Shown here piece by piece: positions 13,406 through 26,700 of a stretch of DNA of 64,000 nt (within the stretch, counting starts at the first letter, position 1; every line of letters starts with the position of its first letter). The notes beneath the pieces were generated by a model that searched no databases, was not told the DNA's origin, and saw nothing but the letters and a program-made list of their open reading frames with translations. The translations under genes were made by a program, and so were the position numbers. The DNA comes from Owenia fusiformis (taxonomy: Eukaryota). The stretch covers positions 39,928,001 to 39,992,000 of the forward strand of contig CAIIXF020000001.1 of the NCBI GenBank assembly GCA_903813345.2, written 5' to 3'.

Positions 13406-13637
13406 TTTCGGTTCCTGCCCACTTGTAATCGGTTAATTCCGGTAATTTCCGTAATTGAAAAATCATGACACACCACATATAAATTTCTCGCCAAGATTAT
13501 ACCAATGAAATTTAAACCTTTATTCAGTCCTTCGATGTAAACAAAGGAAGTTATAAAATTCTTAAAATAGAGATGACCGTTGATAAAGTTGGTCAAAGTC
13601 TGCAAATCGACTCTGAATCACCACTCTAACCTCCAAA
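13406..13637. promoter_or_regulatory. Putative bidirectional promoter between clathrin light chain and TBCEL
   Basis: Only 232 bp separate the divergent start codons. Both ATGs sit in a YY1-like AAAATGGC context, and an ETS-type ACCGGAAGTG lies nearby at 13224-13233. Confidence 0.65.
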
Positions 13638-16600
13638 ATGGCAAGTTCTAAGTCTCAAGCTTCAGAAATCAAACCTTGGAAGCGAAAACAAAAGAAACCT
13701 TTTCCAAAAATCAAGAAAGATTTGAAACCAAAAACGTTTGCTGATGCACTCAAAGAAAAATATTGTGACTTTGATGATTTTGACTCGAATAGCAGTGATG
13801 GTTTTATAATTGATATTGTTGTTCGTGGAAAGCCAAAGGTGAAAAATGACGGAACTGGACCAGAGCTTGGATTTCTAACAAATGCAGTGAGTAATTACTT
13901 TCTCAATATCGTTGTCTTGAAGCATAATAAAGTAAGGACCCAAGGGGACCTCTTTCATGGTTATGTGGCATATCTGAGACTAACATAATTTTATGATGAT
14001 CTCAGAATATACTGACTGACTGTACTCTCTGTAATTTTTGCATGTTATTCCATTTCTATTTGTGCTTTATATGTGTTTTGGAAAATTCATTCACTCCGTG
14101 TTCACGGTATTTTTGTCCATGGTACTACGGGATTTTCTCGCATATACGACCCCCTAAATTTAGGCCCATTGGCCAAAAATCGAATGTAGTACGCTTATAC
14201 GCCCATGGGCCTATAAAAAACGACTATTTATTGATTTTTTCAATAAATTCAAGAGTATTTTGTCACTGGCAGATTGTTCTGTCATTACTTTGTTTCAACA
14301 TTAAGTTCAACGCTGTGCCATAAGTGGTAGTGGTGGATCGTTCTGTTGTTACTTTGTTTCAACATTAAGTCCAAGGTTGTAGGTGACATTTCCTTTATAA
14401 TTCTTACAAAACATGCGGTAGGACTACAACAGTAGGTATAGTAGTTCATCAGCTCTTCTCACCTTTACGCCCACTAGGCCAAAAATCGAAAGTAGTACAC
14501 TTATACGCCCATGGGCAAAAAATAAGAGGTAAAATAACAGACGAAATTACCCCTTCTTTCAGTTATACACCCAGGGCTTATATGCGAGAAAATCCGGTAC
14601 TAGTAAGCGATAAAATGCAAAATATAATAGGGTCAAATATTAGTGGGAGTAAAGTTTCATTTTTCATTTCTTACCACAGGTAGTTAAAATCTTGATAACT
14701 TATAGAAACAGGACACACAATAATATTATACATGATACATACATGTACTATGTAGAATAATATTCAATCTTAAATTCTCAAATGGAGACATTTTAGAAAT
14801 TGTTTACAATATCCGACATTACCTCTTGATATTTCAGGTTCTTAACAACAGTCTTATTGGATCAATAGGAAGTATAGATGGTGGATTAGCAGCATTATGC
14901 CCAAATATAGTTGACTTAGATGTTGCTTCCAACAACCTCACTGACTGGTCTGAACTTCTCACAATGATGTCACAATTGCCCAAACTGGCATTTTTAAATC
15001 TTAGCCAAAATAATTTAAAATCAAACAGCAATAAGGTATGCACATTTGTGTATATATAATCTTTAGTGCTGTTTGTAGGTTTTTATTTCTTTTTTTATGT
15101 ATAGTCAGAGTTATGTAGTGATCCCTGGCCTTTAGGTTGAAATGTATAGGTTAAGAACATTTATGATCTTAAACATGATTCAGCATGACACCGATAGATC
15201 TCAGGGAGAAAACAGCATTGTATAAAATTTATATAATATATCCCTCTCAGTCTCTGTTATATATGTCTCTGCTAAGTGGGGTGTTTTTAAATTTCTCAAC
15301 TCGTCATTGTAAAGAAAAAAAGCTTTACTTAAAAATGACATAAATTTTTGTCCCTAAATCTTGACACTGATGGTCTCTGTAGTCTTTTGGGAAATGTGTA
15401 TATTTCTCAGAGGATAAGCCTTACATCCAACGTTTCCTAGCACTCTAAGTCTCAACTCTCATATATTTTCCAGGAAGCATTAATGACATGTAGAGAGAGG
15501 TTCCCCAGTATGAGGAATATGGTACTCAATGGGACATTCTTGCCATGGGAAGATATCTCTGTCTTAACTACTCTTGTGCCTAATTTAAAGGAATTGCATC
15601 TGTGTAGAAATGGTAAGATAATTGCTAATAAGTTCATGTATTCAATAAGGTACAATATAAATTCCTTGGGTATTAAAGGCAGAATCTGATCTAAAGGGGG
15701 TGACAAAATTACAAGCAACGTGTATAATTGACCTACCAATATCAAATACAATATCTCCCAAAAGATTCACAATATGTTGTAAATTGGTGAAGTTATTAAT
15801 GATTCAAAGTGCAATAAATGGGTGAAAAATGTTTAAATTCTCCCAAATAATAAGAATGGCAACCATTCGTATAGAAAAATAATACATTATTGTAGAAATC
15901 TTTAGTTTTCCTGGTATAAAGTATGCACTTTTGTGATTTTTAGAAAATAGACATGACAATTGGAATGACGTAAGCCAAAAATATTCTAAAATTGAAATTT
16001 TTTTTGTTTAGCCTGCTCGCTATATCTGATTCTCTCTTTAAATATTGAAGCTTTTAGAATAGAATAGAATAGAATAACATCCCATCATTTTTAAATGAAT
16101 CAGCAGGTCTGCTTGCTTCAGTACCATTTGTGTATGATGTACACGTACATGTATTTAAATTAAGGTGAAATAAATCAAACATTATTTGTGTTTAGACTTT
16201 AATTTATAGAGCTACTTGTAATTCATTATTTTATTCATTGCAGACTACACTCATGTTGAGGGCAATGGTCTCTCAGGATTCCATTCTATTGAATGTTTGA
16301 GACTAAATGACAATAAAATTGAAGGGTAAGTAAGAAGCTTCTTACCAAATGGTCTAGTAATTTTTTGTTGAAAATTTCTCTGAAATATAAGTTATATTAC
16401 TTATGCATTTTTGATCAAATGTTATCTGGAAATAGAGACCTTTTTCCTAGAGTCTGAAGGTTTTTATCGAAAACATGTATTCAAACAGAAGACTTCTCAT
16501 ATACATGAAAAAAAACAATATCCTTTCTGATTTACATATGCCTCCCTTTGGTTCTAATAGAAATCTTCTCAATTTATATAGATTGGACACTGAGAATACT

Positions 16601-19600
16601 TTTATCTGATTATAATTCATAATCAAATCCACAACAGCCCTTTGATATATTTCCCAGATATATCATCAGGCATTTCCCATCAAAAGTCTTGTATACGGCC
16701 CATATTCCCATGCTGCTATTGATCACCTGTTAAAGAGTGCATGTGCAATAAATATACTTATAAACATAAGTGCACATACTTTATTTTTAGATGGGAGGAA
16801 GTCTGGAAACTGCATACATTACCTCAGCTTAAGTCTTTAATACTCTCTGGCAATGCTTTACGAGACATTTACTATGTTCACCCAACCATTCCAAAGTACT
16901 CGTGTGATAATGTAGAAGATGAAACATCTGCTGAAGAAGGCTCTGTTCCTGGAGAACAAAAGGAAGGCATTTTGGTAGATGCCTCAGCTACTACTGCGAT
17001 GAACACTGACAATACTCCCAAACCTTCAGACAATGATAAACAGAACAATGATGGTCTGTGTAATCTAAGTCAAGAAACCCTGGAAACAGATGCTAAAGAT
17101 GTGAACATCATGTCAATTGTTAAAGAGGGAGATGCTTCATCTGATGTTAAACCTCAAGACAGTGCACTAGAAACTTTAAATGATGTAAAATCTGAAGATA
17201 TTACACCAGATTCTCTAAATGATGAGAAACCTAAAGATAATGCACAAGATTCACTTAAAGATGCAAATCCTGAAGACAATGCACTGAATTCTTCTAATGA
17301 TGTGGAATCTGAAGCCAATGTACCAGAAGATGCTGTCATTCCCAAGATTGAAGCTAGTCCTTTGAATTCTGATGTTAATCCACCATTCTCAAAGCTGGAG
17401 TCCCTGTGCCTCAGTGACACATGGGTTAATAAGTGGGAACATTTGCACTCCCTTAACAAATTCCCACAGCTTAAAGCAGTTAGATTAAAGGTATGTCACT
17501 TAGAATTATTGTAGCTTTTTAACAGATTTTATTTCATTTTGAGCCAAGCCAAGATTACTATGATCTTACTTTTAGCCTATGGATAAACATGATAAGAGCA
17601 AGTTAAACTTTTGTCTGTGTATTAACATGAAGGCATTATAAATTGTGAATGGTTATCATTTGGGAGAAGAGAGATTTGCCCATGAAGTAGGAAGAAATTG
17701 TAAAGCCAGATTTAAAAACAGAAATTCATGAGAAATTTAGAGTGGGGGGGGGCTACTAACTACTTCAGTGTGTATACCAGCATGTTATGTTTTGCAGAGT
17801 ATCCCACTTGCTCAGGAAATTAAAGACGAGGACAGAAGAAAACTCTATGTTGCTAGGTAGGTGTATTACCATGGGCGTTCAACTAGAAAGCCCATGGTAT
17901 TACCAACAATGACTTTGGAATGAGTTGGTTAAATTTTTCACAAAAATCAAACCTTCAGTTGTTTGCTAGCCTCCTATTTGAAATTCATCCACACCTATGG
18001 AAATTAATCCATTATCTGATACTCTCCAGGATTGCTTAATGTGGTGTCCTTTTTTCTCTAAATGGATGGTAAATATGTTTCGCTGGACATAAAAGAAATC
18101 TACTTGTTTTGGCCTTACTAGAAATGTGGCATTATTTGGGAATTTGTAAATATACTACTTTAGAGAAGAGTAACTAAATCCAATGTAATGAGCGTCATAT
18201 TATTGTATTGGATATTGAACTTCCTTTCCAGTGGTATATAAAACTGTAGGTGAGATATTATTATTCAAGCACTCATAATGCATAATTATTTCTTAAAGGG
18301 GGTCATTTCTATTGGCCCACCCTGTATTTTGCTTAATCTGTATTTATGTTAATTTTGTTTCTTTAGTTTACCAAAGATTAGTACATTAAATGGAAGTGAG
18401 GTGACATCTACTGAGCGAGAGAAGGCTGAGCGTCACTTTTTACGTCACTTCTCTGAGGATGATAAACCTGAGCGCTTTCATGAGCTAGAAGCCAAACATG
18501 GTGAGTTGTTTTCATGATCGTGAGCCTATACATGATAAGTCGTTTTCATGAACATGGTTAGATGCTTTCATGACCTAAAGACTAAAAAGTGTTTTTGTGT
18601 GCTAGAGTCGAGCCATACTATATTCAGAGAAAGTTAGCCTTCAACTGTAATTAACTTGTACAATATGTATTATATTAAAGGCCTTCATTTCTTATCTATT
18701 TATAGGTAAACTGGAACCCCTTGTTGATATAATTCTAGCTCCCAGGTGCAAACCATGTGTGAAAGTAAAGATCATCCATGAGGGGAAAGTTGCTTGTGAA
18801 CCTGTCTTAAAAACCCGAGACACTGTGCTTAAAATTAAAAGCCAAATCATCAGAATGCTGAAATTAACTAAATGGTTAGTAGTTTTCTAGTTTTTGGCTT
18901 ACACAGTGAGCCTATGGAATCAACTAGTCCATCTTCCAAGTCATCTGTTTTTTTCGAGAAATCCGTGATTTTGATGTAAAAAGTAATGCTTGCATTTGTA
19001 AATATACTCAAAAAATCTTTCTGTTACAATAGGTCAAAAATTGATGTCAAAAAAAAAAATAGTAGAACCCATGTAAACCAATGGAAAATGGTGGGTTAGG
19101 GGCAAATCCCATTTTGGATCTATTTAGTGAAACATTTATTAAAAATAAATTCCAAGTTGAAAATGAATTGTTTTACTTTGTGTGTGCTATTAGCATTTAG
19201 CTTACTTTGTGAAAATTAACGATACAGAGCTTCCAAGTATTTTTCAAAGAGAGGTTTATTGAAAAATATTTTTAACTTTGGAAACCCAACCAGGAGAAAT
19301 TTTAATCAATTTTTTGTTGTAGACAAGTTAGCAAATTCAATTGTCTATTTAAATTCTATTTTTGAGAGCAATTGGATGGATGAATATTTTCTCCTTATAT
19401 TGACCTTTGGCAACCCACCATTTCCCATTGGTTTATGTGCATGGGGTCTACCATATTTTTTATTCATCAAATTTGACATCAATTTTTGACACATTGTAAT
19501 GGAGGGAGTAAATTGAAAATCTTCTGAAATATAGAGTAGGTACATCTCAATTTAAATGTATATTGTCAGTTTTTCTTTCATTTGGGCTTAGAAAATAGAG

Positions 19601-20055
19601 TTCAAACATACATGGCCAAAACTCCCGGCCCAAAACTGTTCATGATACAATACATGGTCCTTTGAACCCCCTGCTGGAATATTTTAAAACTCCCCCTCTT
19701 GGCTTGCTACAGCCCTGATATATCTTATACTGTAACTGTTGAGAGTAATTTGCAACTGTAGGTCAAAGTATTGCAAACTTAATAAAGAATTCCTTCTTAA
19801 TTGTAACCATTGAATAATATTGACACAAACCCCAAGTGGACTTTAGATTGTTTATCTTGTATTTCCAGCTACCAGGCTAGATACCTCGACCTGTACCTGG
19901 TTTCTGTGAATGGTAATAAAGAACCTGAATTGATCACCCTGATGAATTCTCCATTGAGCTTACTTGATATTGTGGATGGAGATGAGTTCCATGTATCAGA
20001 CTCCTATGAGAAGCATCCATTTAATATCAACTTCTGTGAGGTGCCCAAGAAATAG
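13638..20055 (+). CDS. TBCEL: Tubulin-specific chaperone cofactor E-like protein (LRR + C-terminal ubiquitin-like); exons 13638-13886, 14838-15035, 15474-15612, 16244-16325, 16791-17490, 17798-17856, 18367-18500, 18706-18874, 19869-20055
   Basis: Motifs include TFADALKEKY, LRRs (IVDLDVASNNLTDW, LAFLNLSQN, LKELHLCRN), WEHLHSLNKFPQLKAVRL, RRKLYVASLPKISTLNGSEVTSTEREKAERHFLR, RFHELEAKHGKLEPLVDIILAP and IVDGDEFHV. There is no CAP-Gly domain, so it is TBCEL rather than TBCE. All GT-AG phases are consistent. Confidence 0.92.
14128..14597. mobile_element. Tc1/mariner-pogo-type MITE with TA flanks
   Basis: Ends are TA|CGGGATTTTCTCGCATATA and TATATGCGAGAAAATCCGG|TA. A second partial copy lies at ~47654-47924. 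Confidence 0.85.
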
Positions 20056-21635
20056 AATCAGGAGATCTTCCAATAACACCAGGCCCATGCATGTCTTTTG
20101 CACTTAAACTTGGTCCCGAGCAGACTTAATTTGCCCATTGTGCAAAAGGAATGATTATTCAGCCAACCATTATCACATGTTACTGAATGACATAATTGGC
20201 TATTGGATAAGAGGAGAAATGTGGTTTCAGGGTACATTGAATGAAAACCGACAGTCATCACTAGTTTTGTGGTTTTATGATTTATTTGTTTGTTGTAGTA
20301 TTGAGTACATGTGATTTGTATTATTTTGTCAGTGCAGTATTGATTAACATGTGAATAGTGCCTCTGTTAGATTTAATCTATGGTAACTGTACGGCGGTCG
20401 CATCTTCCCAAAATCAAAAGAAATATGTAGCATCAAATATAGGAATACTGGAATAAGCAGTACAATGTAGATTTTCTATATGGAATTTGTGAAGCTACAG
20501 CTGCCGTACTCCCGCCATTGAGCAAATATTACTGAGCCAGCACCCTATATAAAGTGAGCAAAAAAGGAAAAGGACGAGAAAATGTGACAAAAATCAAATA
20601 AAAATAGCACCAAAACTTATGTAAGCCGTATTTGTATTGTATTGTATATAGACCAATATCATTAACTTAGAAGATTGGTGCAACAGTACTTGATACAGTG
20701 CATGAAATCTTCCCCAAAATTTGTTTTTTTATTACCTCAAAAATGTATCTTTTAGACACTGAATAGATCACATCATATCGAAAAAATAGAAGCAATAATC
20801 AAAATCTGGATCATAAGAAACTTGTCTCTTCTAGGAAAGGTGTGTGCTAGGAAAGGTGCTAATGCTAAATCACTAATTGCATCACAGGTAATACAAGATG
20901 AGCCAAAGGAGGTAACCCAAACAAATGTTAAGTCATTCAGCATGTGTTTAAGGTCACATTTGGAAAAAATGAACCTTGTCCAATGTTCTTTAACCATGTT
21001 TCATTGGTTATGATTTTACCATATTTTAAAAACATGCTCTAAATGCCATTCTTGTCTCTGAAGGCAATTTTGAACACATCGAGTGAAGTTATTCTGACTA
21101 CAGCACACAGATATCTTGTGTGATGGCTCTCATCTTCCTTCTAATCTCTTGTTTCAACTCTCTGATGTTCCTATGTATATGGTTGTTAGTGTAGACATTA
21201 TCTTTGAAATCGCCCCAAAGATAAAAGTCTGAGGGTTAATTTTGGGTGGGTTTGGCATATTTTGGCATTTGGAGCAAACTTTGTAAAATGGCTGTAAAAT
21301 TGTGCCCATTGGAGAGACCAATAGTGAAACTTAGTAGAATGAAAGATCACTGAACAAGGTTCAATTGTGCTAAATATGATTTTAAACCCACGCTGGATGA
21401 TGGAGTTATTTCATTTACTTAGTTTGCCTTTTTTCGGGTCAACCTGTACATTCAATACCAGTGCCAGAATAATTTTTGAAAAAATAAGCACAATTTTACT
21501 AAAATTTATATGACATAAATCTGGCAAAGATTATCAGGATGGAGGCTTTATAATGACAGATATTAATGATGGTGAGGAAGCTCTTTTGTAACATGGGAGT
21601 GTATCACACAAGCTTTGAAAATCAAGTGAAATCTG

Positions 21636-22364
21636 TTTAAGAACCCCTTTTCAAACTGATTTTAGATATGTTCAGTAACATATTTCTACTCGTTGAGGCT
21701 TGAGGGAGATGTGTACTTTTGGATTTTTATGCAGTCCTCACATGTTATTCTCAGGAATACAAAACTCATTGCACATTTGCGCAAAGAATGCACTAAGGTA
21801 CCTCGAAGAGTGTAGTGAATAATTTTTATAAGGTGTATAAAAATGAGAATATAAAGTGACCTTCTTATTTTGTACGTTTAAAATGTAGGCCACTGAATTT
21901 TGTCATTTTCCATACGTTTTGTAACAAAAATATTCTCCACACTCTTCTAGGTACATCAATGCAATGAGCACTCATTGTGAAAAACTGAAAGGTGTAGACA
22001 ATGTGGGGGAGGAATCTATATTTGAGAAGTAACACATGTTACTTTATAAGTACACATTGACCTAATCAACCAATGTTCTGAGAAAATGAAGTTTTCAGCA
22101 AGGGTGCATTTTTAATGATTTGAAAACTACTATTACTTTCTCCCATAGACCAAAAAATATTGCATATTAAAGTAAAAACCTCTTCTGTTGTAGGCTATTT
22201 GTATCTAATCTGTATCGGATATTTTTCAATTCATTTTTTTTATTGGCGCCATTGACTTAACAACTCTACACCCTTGTTGAAATCCTCATTATCTCAGAAG
22301 AACATTGGTTGATGGTAGACTTAGTATTATCAATTCTAATTAGTTAGACTAGGGGTTCTCAAAC
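21636..22364. repeat. Degraded inverted-repeat (MITE-like) region downstream of the TBCEL stop
   Basis: Outer pair gtttaagaacccc / ggggttctcaaac; inner pair atcaaccaatgttct..agcaagggtg (~22065-22105) / cacccttgttg..gaacattggttgat (~22268-22313). Confidence 0.45.
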
Positions 22365-23774
22365 AGGAGATTCTATGGCTTGTATGAGGCCTTTCTGAAA
22401 ACTGATTGCCTCTATTTAGTAAAGATGATGCAGTGTCTTAAAATGGGTCATTGTATGAACTTTTTTTCTGTATGATTGTAATTTCAAAGATATAACACAA
22501 AAGCCTTGGTTGAGAATATTACCAATATTCAACACATTTTATTAGAATGTTGGTAAAAGAAATAAATAAAGCTAAATAAATAGATGTCACCACTTGTTTT
22601 TATTTGTTTTGGTTGGACCAGACTGCCATAGGCTTCAATGTCAAAAACTTGCAATAGTCACTTAATTTCATGATTTATCAAAAGGTGTTGGTTGAATCTG
22701 TCTAAAACACAAATGGCATAATATGGGATGACCCTGTTAATGTACATTCAGTGTGATTAATCATAAAAGTTTGATTATCAAACAAACAACAATGGAGATT
22801 TGGCCCACACTTCTTTTAGAAAATTCATGGAAAATGATTGATAAATGATTAGAACTGTATAAATCAAAGTTATTGTGAAAGTTTTCCCTGAATTCGAATA
22901 TAAGAAGGAAAAGTAAGTTATCAGAGTTCATGATGTCACATTTTTTTCAAAAAACAAAGTATGGGTCTAGATCTTCAAAATGATATATAACTTATTGTGT
23001 CTTGCTACATTTTCTTGCTTCTAGATTCATTTACATTTTATTGTTCCATTTTCATCCATATGCCTTTATTTATGGATCTGTCATCTGTCTAGTCATAAAA
23101 TAAAGCCGGAATTGCAGAAATGTTAATAATTTAAGCTATTTTGTTTTATGTCTGCTTTTGATTTCTTGAAATGATTTTTGTTGATCGGCCAGTCTGGCTT
23201 TGTATAACAAGCCTCGTACCCACATTATCACCATTTACTCTATAATTATGCATAAACTGAGAATGAATAATAATCTTTAAATATATGAATTGTTTATATA
23301 GTTGTGAACTTTCATTCTTAAAGTCTTTGAAAGACTGAATTTGCATTCTCTTTCAACAGTTTTAATTCATGAATGCATTCCCATTGTGTATCTGATGTAA
23401 CGTCAACAAAATGGTGGTGTGGAAGACCCACGCATTGTTTTCTATGCCAACAACTTCCATTGGAACCTATATTGTTGCCAAAACATGTACCTGCTGGCAC
23501 AGTTCGTAGTGTCAGTCATGCTAGCAATTGTTTTCATCTGGCTCAAAGATAAATGTTGAATAATGTACTTAGTACCATGTGTGTTTTGGTCTACTACTGT
23601 ACTATTGTCCATTTCATAGCACATCATCAGATCATTCAACCTGGCTGTTTGCTGCAGGTGGGGACACTTGATGCCACAATTAGGTAATAACATACAGCCT
23701 GAGTGCTGCCCCTTTGTTTTCCAAAGGAGAGTCCACAGCTGAAGTCACATTCAATATAAGTATTCTGGAACCCA

Positions 23775-26700
23775 TCACCTCTCCTTCAATCTCTTCATGA
23801 AAGTTACTTCATCCCTATTACGTATACCATAGCTGAAATTGAATAAATGAACAAATTAAAAATAGCAATTGCAGTACAGCATACTCAAAATAATTCTAAA
23901 TAAAGCAAACTTCTAATTCTTGAAAAGTACACTAAAACTCTCTATAAGACTGATGCAATCAGAGTCTGTCCTTGCTCTACAATGTAAGCATTAATAGGTG
24001 AAGACTAATTGGTTAGGCTAGGGCCCAACAAATGACAGCTGGGAAGGGGCTGTAAGCCTGTCAAAGTGAAAATGATTGGTTCTTGTCAACTTTCAACAGG
24101 TAGGATTTTAGCCAAAGAACCCCGGGGGCTCACTTTAAAAAATTTGGGTAGGTATGTGCAGCACGGGCAATTTTGGCTGAGGGCAAAAACCATGGAACCT
24201 GGCCAATCTGAGAGGAAAAATACATGGAAAATTTGTCGAAGAAAGCACCTTTTTAAGTCAAAAATCAGTTTATTTTACTACAAATGCTTATAAATCGGTA
24301 AAATCAGTTGGCAAGGTCTTGGACAAATTACCTAAAAAGTGGATTTTGTAGTTAATATACCAATACTCCCTTTTATAAGTCTGAGAGGAAGTATACATGG
24401 AAACTTTCAATCTTGAGAGGAAATTGACATGAAAAAAATGCTCAAAAAGGGGGTCTTTGGCGCGGCACATAGGTATTTAGAGGTATATTGGAGTGAAACC
24501 CCCGGGCAAAGAACCTGGTGTAGACAAAAGGTCTTGTGTTTGGTAGTTTTTTTTAAAATAATGTTAATGATGATCTTGGCACCTTTAATTATCATTACAG
24601 TATATCTATTTCTTACGCTCTCAATTCTTTTGTATCATCCTGTAGCTTTTCTCCTTGGTAAATCAACCAGTAAGTCTTCCAAATATATCGCCTGGAAGTA
24701 AACAATTAAATTGTTCATACATTTAAAGAACATTGAGCTCAAACTACAGGATAAGTAACAATGATAACAATGGAATTATTTGAAATGAGTGTGACATTAA
24801 CAACATCACTGACCCTCAGACCCTGGTCATAAAAAGTGCCAACAAGCATTAGCATGTGAAGCTGTGTCCCTCCACAAAACAGAATTAAAGGCATTAAATA
24901 GAAAATATGGCTACTGTTACTTGATTTATCTAGGGTTAAATACTTGATTTCCCCCTAACTGAAGGACCATTGAATCAAATCATTTTGATTTTTCATACTC
25001 ACCAACTTATATGTGATGTACCACCCTCTCGTTTTTGCTTTAACGTTAAGTGACGTTTCATGGCATTCTTTAGATCCAACACTGTGGCTGCTTGAACCAC
25101 CACCACAGCTGAAACATAAAAGGCAAAAATAAAAATCGGAAATTAAGTGAAAGTATAGAACCAGTGTGTTATGTCAGATTTGGTAGTAATTTCCTGGTAA
25201 GCTATCTAATAGACTAGATGCGGGTAGATATAATCTTGATTTACATCATTAAACATTCAAAATGATGTCATATTTGAAGTCTACAAGTAAAACTACATGT
25301 ATGTCTAGAAACGTGGTTTCGAAATTGTTTATAAACTTTGAAAATTAATTTTTTTTGAGACCCTATGTTACAAAATCACAAGAAGTTAAATATCTTTTTA
25401 TGTGACCAAATCATAGCTAAACAGACATATTTTAATTTGCGTAACAATAAGTAGATACATAAGGGTGTTATGAAAATTGAATCAGAAAAAAGTGAAAACA
25501 GATGAATATTAAGTTAAAGGGAGCATTCTACTATACCCGCCATGCTACCTGACCCGAACGAGCCACTTGGTGGTGAAACTGGTAACTACCTACTCATATC
25601 TGAGTTACTGATATTTAAACCACTATATTTCCTATCACATGACGATGGCATTAACTTCTTTAATCCCAGGTTCTAAAATCGGTTGAAACCAGAGAATTTT
25701 TCATTTTTACCATCTTTTGACAGTTTACTACTTACCTATACAACTTGAGATGCTCATTTTAGTAAAATTGGACGGCAGAGATCATTTCTACACATTTAAA
25801 ACAATTTTCGTGTAAATCGGATGAAAATTGTTCAAATAAGAGCAATTTTAGTGAAAATTTTTATGACAGATTTTCTTGTCACTCTGGGTTTAAAGGTCAT
25901 TTCTGAGGTGACGAGAAATCTTGTCACTCCAGGTAGTCAAGAGGTTAAATGAAAATGAGGGAAGGACGATGCCATATAAATGAATAGGGAAATATCACTG
26001 CCCATCACCTCACATAACTTATGCCCAAAGGCACAAAATCCATGTGATATGCCTTTTTAAGTATATTATGACATTTGTGATATTGTGACGTAATTTTGTG
26101 AAGTGGAATTTGAGAGATCAAAAGTAACCCGAAAATTTGGAAACGTTTGTTTACTCTATCTGCCAAAACCCTTCTTGTTGGCTGATTTTAAAGAATTCAA
26201 AAATCTACTTACGGAGAACAGAGTTGTCACCGCGTCTAACATTAACCATCATTGACTGGCCATGTTCAAGGGCTATAAGAGAGTTGATTTCTTCAAGGGT
26301 CACTTCAGTTGGCAGATCAAAGGTCAGAGGATCAGACTGAAAACAATGAAAATCAAAATATGTCTATTATCCAAATAATAACTTAATAAGTTGAGTAGGG
26401 GGTTTAACTTCAGACAACTTTGGCCCAAATATGGCCAAGAGTGCTCAGAATGGTGAAAAACTGCTTGATTTTTGGCCAGGGGAGGAGGGGGCATTCGCTA
26501 GATATTATATAAAATTAATTTTGGTGCCATGAAGAATTCATTCAGCATAGCACAGTTGACCAGTATAGTCACGTTGACTTGATTTGAAAAAAATCGGGAA
26601 AAAAGAGATCAATTGCACAGGTGCCCCCTGGGTAATAAGAGTGTTGGGCGTTTCTGTGTTGCAGGGAGGTCCCTATCTCTTATTACCCAGGGGGCACCTG

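Noticed and set aside
23146..23774. Short Cys-containing ORFs after the SNRNP25 stop, or TGA readthrough
   Set aside because: No recognisable domain, and an in-frame TGA follows within a few codons; most likely 3' UTR.
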